64,000 nucleotides of DNA from an uncultured Candidatus Saccharibacteria bacterium (lineage in GTDB: Bacteria > Patescibacteriota > Dojkabacteria > J137), in the NCBI GenBank assembly GCA_965230975.1, contig OZ246402.1, positions 573,009-637,008 of the forward strand, written 5' to 3'. The position numbers and the translations under genes were made by a program. The notes under the pieces are model-generated. The model worked only from the letters and a program-made list of their open reading frames with translations, searched no databases and had not been told where the DNA came from. This document shows positions 59,663-64,000 of the stretch, piece after piece. Position 1 is the first letter of the stretch; every line of letters begins with the position of its first letter.

Positions 59663-60453
59663 AGTTTATAAAAATATTTAAGAACAATATTAAATAATCT
59701 TTTAGGTAAGTGACATTTACAAAATGCCAGAACTTTATCCCTATAGCTAACAAACTGAGATCTATTAGATTCAAAAATTATTGACTCTACGAGCTTAGCT
59801 ACATCTTCAGCTTTATTTCTGTCACTAAAAAAGTTTCTAAATCGTATTTGCCATTCCTCATATAGACTTTTGTATATACTATTTTCTATATTAATTGTTT
59901 CAATTATATTTTTGCCAAAACTACTTTTCACAGCACCTAAATAAATATTAGCTACTTTTATTTCAGATTCCTCGTTTAGAATGTCCAGAGTTTTACTAAA
60001 TGCCAGTTTAGATATTTCGTAATAGCCAAATGTAGGTATGTCTAATAATGAGCCTAAGGCTGCTAAATTTATTACTATTCCTTGGTTACTACGCAATTTG
60101 GGAATCAGAGATTTTAATAATTCTGTTGGACCGAAATAATTTATTTCAAATTGCTTACGAATATTCTCTATACTTAAGTCTTCGATAGTCCCTCTAAAAC
60201 CAACACCCGCATTGTTTATAAATATGTCTACTTGTTCATCTTTAAGTAAATTTATAACTTTCGGTATGCTATTAGAGTTACCTAAATCAACTTCAATAAA
60301 TTTATAATTGGACGGTTGTGAATCTATATTATTTCTACCTAATCCGATTATCTCCACATCATTTCTACTAGACAGCAAGGAAACAATAGAGTATCCAATG
60401 CCTGAACTGACTCCTGTGATAATGATTTTTTTCCTTTTATTTGATTGATTCAT
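59659..60453 (-). CDS. short-chain dehydrogenase/reductase (SDR)
   Basis: TGVSSGIGYSIV cofactor motif; YEISK catalytic YxxxK. Confidence 0.8.
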   Translation of the reverse strand: MNQSNKRKKIIITGVSSGIGYSIVSLLSSRNDVEIIGLGRNNIDSQPSNYKFIEVDLGNSNSIPKVINLLKDEQVDIFINNAGVGFRGTIEDLSIENIRKQFEINYFGPTELLKSLIPKLRSNQGIVINLAALGSLLDIPTFGYYEISKLAFSKTLDILNEESEIKVANIYLGAVKSSFGKNIIETINIENSIYKSLYEEWQIRFRNFFSDRNKAEDVAKLVESIIFESNRSQFVSYRDKVLAFCKCHLPKRLFNIVLKYFYKL

Positions 60454-61381
60454 CTTTAGCTAAACTTAGTAATAATCCAGTTGAAATATTGTTGTTACTT
60501 GGAAAAATTCTATTTATTTTTAAATATTCGCAGATTGCAAATATATTCATAAGCGCCTTATCTGCTGCCCACATATAATAAGGTTCGTCTGGGTAAAGAG
60601 GCATTCTATCTTCATAACTTAAACTAATTAGTTTCTCGTAAAGAGGTTTTAATTCTTCAACAGTTGTTTCGAACTTATGAGCACCAGTATTGTCAGAAGG
60701 TATTAGATTAAGATTCATTGCTTTAAAGAAATCTATAATGTTTGTACTTCCATAAACTAACAGTTCAGGTTGATTCTTTCCCTCAGTTAGAGATTTTAAC
60801 TGTTCTTTGACATAATCATAAGCTGCATTTACTTCCTCTTCACTAGGATGATGTGTTTTAGAGAATCTTTCTTGTAGATAATAAGTCCCTGTTTTAAATA
60901 AGAATGTTTGGAATATTTCTTCATCTTTTCCAATAACGACCTGAACACTTCCTCCTCCAATATCTGAAACTGCAATCACTTTACCGGGAAAATCTTTAGA
61001 AACTGAATGAAAGTAGACTTTTGCTTCATCGTCATGAGAAAGTGTTATTAATGAAATCTCAGTCTCTTGTTTTATCTTTTTTAAAACCTCATCTGCATTT
61101 TTTGCCTTTCGAATAGCTTCTGTGGTAACTCCAACATATTTGTTAACTCCAAATTCATTCATTTTTTCTTTGAAAAGTTTAAGAGCCTCAATTGTTTTAT
61201 CAATAGATTTCTCAATGATTGTATTATCAGTTTTATCAAGATCTCTTCCAAGAACAGTTAATTGTTTATCTTTATAAACTAATTCTGAATTGTAATTCGA
61301 ATCAAATTCTCTAATTTCGAACTTTGATTTTAATGTTCCAACATCTATCACAGCAACTTTTTTCTTTTTATTTTCTGACAT
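60437..61381 (-). CDS. Ppx/GppA-family (ASKHA-fold) phosphatase
   Basis: VAVIDVGTLKSKFEI phosphate-1 motif; VGVTTEAIRKAKNADEVLKKIKQETEISLITLSHDDEAKVYFHSV matches the Ppx/GppA core. Confidence 0.65.
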   Translation of the reverse strand: MSENKKKKVAVIDVGTLKSKFEIREFDSNYNSELVYKDKQLTVLGRDLDKTDNTIIEKSIDKTIEALKLFKEKMNEFGVNKYVGVTTEAIRKAKNADEVLKKIKQETEISLITLSHDDEAKVYFHSVSKDFPGKVIAVSDIGGGSVQVVIGKDEEIFQTFLFKTGTYYLQERFSKTHHPSEEEVNAAYDYVKEQLKSLTEGKNQPELLVYGSTNIIDFFKAMNLNLIPSDNTGAHKFETTVEELKPLYEKLISLSYEDRMPLYPDEPYYMWAADKALMNIFAICEYLKINRIFPSNNNISTGLLLSLAKDESIK

Positions 61382-62666
61382 AAAAATAATTTTTTAATAA
61401 GTAATAATTTTGAGATAGATTAGATCGTAAAAAGCTACCACTAACAATATTAACGGTTTTTACATCTTCAATATCTTTTATTGTTTCTAAATCTACACTT
61501 CTATCTATTGTAATCGAAACAGGTCCCTTATATGCGTAGTTAATCATTTTGTGAGCTCGATTAAAATTAGATACTCGTTCAGTGTGATTCTTTGATTGAA
61601 GACAGACTAATGTTTCGTCTTTAATAAATTTTTCCCAAGGAAATAACTCATCAATTAAATCTTTAACGTCAAGGCTATAGTTTATTTTTTCAATAGTTAA
61701 TTTCTCGGTTTCAAATTTATCATAATTATCTCGGTTAATATGAAGAAAGATCTTACTACTTATATCTGTTTCTATATCTAAAAATTTGATCATTTGTTCA
61801 TACGATTCTTCTGATTTTGCAAATATGTGATAGTGAACATTAATGTGCGATGATTTCTCCCTTATATTTTTTATCAATTCTAATGTTAGATTAAGATTAG
61901 TGGATTGTTCGACAAATCCATCGGTGATATCTATATGTAAAAAATCAATTTTAGCTAATATTGCCTCATCGAGTGTATCAATATTTTGCTGAACAATATC
62001 TTGTATGGCATATCCAACTTGGTGATTTGAGATAATACTTTCTTTGTATAAAAGTTTAGCAATTGTGGACATTTTATTAGCATCTGTATTTTCAAATTCT
62101 GTTTTAGTAGCGGCTTTTATATTAGATTGTATATCAAAGCCATAAATATCAAGATCGATATACTTATAAAGATTTTCAGCTGCAATTCCACCTGCGAGAA
62201 AGATATTTTTTATATTGAGACTTTTAACTAGAGTATTTACTTTATCAAAACCTATTTCTTTTCCTGTACCTCCAACAAAGGATTTATCTAAAATATAGTT
62301 ATCTGCGTTTTTATTAGGTTTATCACTTTCAGATATAAGTACTTGAAATATTTCAACACTATCTCCATAGACACCTTTTAGATTGTCAATAATCTCATTT
62401 GAGTTAGAGTAATGTAGTTGAACAGCATCAAACTCCATGGAATTAATTAATTCTATAAGTGTCTCTAATTTTGTTTCCTTAGTAACCAAAACAGATTTGG
62501 TATCGGGATAAAACATTTTTAATTCCTTTATACAAATCTTGATCAGATCTAATCTTTTAAAATCATTTTCTGAAATAAGGTGAAACCCAAGATAATCTAT
62601 ACCTAGTTTTCCTGCAGTTCTTGTTTCGAAAATATTTTTTATATCGCAAAATTTAATTTTCTTCAT
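61368..62666 (-). CDS. fusion of two ribulose-phosphate-binding (beta/alpha)8 barrels: TrpF-like isomerase plus RPE-like domain
   Basis: N-terminus KIKFCDIKNIFETRTAGKLGIDYLGFHLI resembles TrpF; C-terminal IDFLHIDITDGFVEQSTNLNL...HINVHYHIF resembles ribulose-phosphate 3-epimerase. Confidence 0.45.
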   Translation of the reverse strand: MKKIKFCDIKNIFETRTAGKLGIDYLGFHLISENDFKRLDLIKICIKELKMFYPDTKSVLVTKETKLETLIELINSMEFDAVQLHYSNSNEIIDNLKGVYGDSVEIFQVLISESDKPNKNADNYILDKSFVGGTGKEIGFDKVNTLVKSLNIKNIFLAGGIAAENLYKYIDLDIYGFDIQSNIKAATKTEFENTDANKMSTIAKLLYKESIISNHQVGYAIQDIVQQNIDTLDEAILAKIDFLHIDITDGFVEQSTNLNLTLELIKNIREKSSHINVHYHIFAKSEESYEQMIKFLDIETDISSKIFLHINRDNYDKFETEKLTIEKINYSLDVKDLIDELFPWEKFIKDETLVCLQSKNHTERVSNFNRAHKMINYAYKGPVSITIDRSVDLETIKDIEDVKTVNIVSGSFLRSNLSQNYYLLKNYFYVRK

Positions 62667-63352
62667 AGTAGATTATTTATAACATTCAACATGTCTGATT
62701 TGTAATCAGCTAATATAAACTTTGACCCAGCATTTAGTGCAAATTCCCTATCAATTAGATCATTATCACCAATATAATAATCCATCTTTACTCCAGAAAC
62801 ACTGTTCAGCTTATAAGCACCAAAACTATCAGGCTTATCTTTTAATATTTGACCTTCATATAAATCTTCTTCACCAATAATTACATCAAAAAAATCAATT
62901 AGATTGGCTTTAATTAATAGTGAAGTCACAATAGTCTTTCTAGTTGAACTAACAATTCCAATCTTTATATTTTTACTTTTAAGTGCAATTAATGCTGGAG
63001 TCAGATTCAGAGCAATTTGCTCTAATAAAGAATAGGTTTCTTCTTCAAGAATTGCTTTTATAGTTGCACTTTCTTTTAAACCCATAATTCTTTTTACTAT
63101 TTCATCTTCATTTTTTTCATTAAAATAAATACTGATCTGTTCTTTCATTCGAAAGTTGTTATCTAGAAATCCTTTCTTAATTCTTCGATAACTGTCAAAT
63201 CTTTCTCGGAGATTTGGTTCATAAGGAAGTAAATCTTCCAATAGAAAATTTATCCTCAAATCTTTTAAAGCAGATTCCCATCCTCTCTTATGAAAGCTGG
63301 TAGATTTTGCTATTGTTCCATCGAAATCAAATACAATAAACATATTAATCAA
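62663..63352 (-). CDS. HAD-family phosphatase (beta-PGM-like subfamily)
   Basis: IVFDFDGTIA motif I; helical cap between motifs I and II. Confidence 0.7.
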   Translation of the reverse strand: MINMFIVFDFDGTIAKSTSFHKRGWESALKDLRINFLLEDLLPYEPNLRERFDSYRRIKKGFLDNNFRMKEQISIYFNEKNEDEIVKRIMGLKESATIKAILEEETYSLLEQIALNLTPALIALKSKNIKIGIVSSTRKTIVTSLLIKANLIDFFDVIIGEEDLYEGQILKDKPDSFGAYKLNSVSGVKMDYYIGDNDLIDREFALNAGSKFILADYKSDMLNVINNLL

Positions 63353-64000
63353 TATAATTTTTTAATAAACTAATTATTTTTTGTTTCTCTTTATCAAAAA
63401 CTCCTTGACGATTAGTATAACTAAATTTTTTATAAGTACCTGTGAAATTACTTGTGTAAGTAACTATTGCCTTTTCTAATACTTCGGGATTTACTCCTCC
63501 ATGATATGGTCTGATGAGATGATGATACCTATTAGTATTTTTAAATGATACAACAGCTAGAAAAGCTTCTTTAATATTTTTTGGATACAAATCTAAGAAG
63601 GTTTGAATTGTCTTTCCAGTTGTGGTCGAATCATCTAGGATTAAGACCTTATCAAAGCCTTGAAAATAGTTCTCATTATAAAAAGGTGGTAAAGAGTCAT
63701 CTAGATCTTGAACATAATTTGAACTTCCAGTTGAGTAGTTTGAAAGTGAGCAAATAATCTGACTTTCTAATGATTTATTTATGGTCATTCTAAAAGCATT
63801 AACAGCAAACGGAAGTTCCATTCCACCATATGCGAAACTCACAAGAAGAGTGTTAGATGGAATATATTGATCCGATACAACTTTAGCAAAATTTATAATT
63901 TTGTAAGGATGGCTACATTCTCTTATCTTCCTAATAATGTTGTTTTCCCAATGCTCACTAAATAGAGATCGAGAAGAGATCTCACTACAAAATCTCTTGT
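63345..64000 (-). CDS. type I phosphoribosyltransferase domain protein, 5'-truncated by the window edge
   Basis: PRPP-binding loop KVLILDDSTTTGKT. The reading frame stays open upstream of the track GTG at 63842 all the way to position 64000. Confidence 0.6.
   Translation of the reverse strand, partial: KRFCSEISSRSLFSEHWENNIIRKIRECSHPYKIINFAKVVSDQYIPSNTLLVSFAYGGMELPFAVNAFRMTINKSLESQIICSLSNYSTGSSNYVQDLDDSLPPFYNENYFQGFDKVLILDDSTTTGKTIQTFLDLYPKNIKEAFLAVVSFKNTNRYHHLIRPYHGGVNPEVLEKAIVTYTSNFTGTYKKFSYTNRQGVFDKEKQKIISLLKNYID

Overview
This window is AT-rich (roughly 30% GC, my estimate) and gene-dense. It has short intergenic spacers and many overlapping or coupled ORFs, and it contains no integrase, transposase, reverse transcriptase or CRISPR/cas genes. 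By inference only, it looks like a reduced bacterial genome, possibly Patescibacteria/CPR-like.

Features I can support from the sequence:
- A tRNA-Gly(UCC) at 314-385, preceded by two tandem partial copies of its own 5' end.
- A DNA-repair and damage-tolerance neighbourhood between about 13.5 kb and 31.2 kb: radA, mpg, an MBL-fold exonuclease, a Y-family polymerase, a UmuD/LexA-like S24 peptidase, rarA and a stand-alone LigD polymerase domain.
- Housekeeping enzymes: transketolase, PepF oligoendopeptidase, MscL, Ddl, a Mur-ligase paralog and an RlmI-like methyltransferase.
- Several ABC transporters, including a MacB-like ATPase-permease fusion directly downstream of a 1383-aa surface protein.
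- A GT2 exopolysaccharide-synthase locus.
- Many small hypothetical genes.

Things I consider worth a second look:
1. A tightly coupled eight-gene minus-strand operon at 57.5-64.0 kb encoding an unusual mix of nucleotide and ribose-phosphate enzymes. I read it as a candidate undescribed nucleoside or nucleotide-derived pathway.
2. The tRNA-Gly 5'-fragment tandem array.
3. An 800-bp ORF with extreme GT skew and alien codon usage, next to a DUF1016 nuclease.
4. Two families of short conserved repeats: a promoter-proximal 74-bp element (two copies) and a 48-bp direct repeat flanking a 1.7-kb block of hypothetical genes.
5. A nucleotidyltransferase gene broken by a third copy of an 8-bp tandem repeat, which may be a slipped-strand switch.

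All functional calls rest on motif recognition by eye. No database searches were run.
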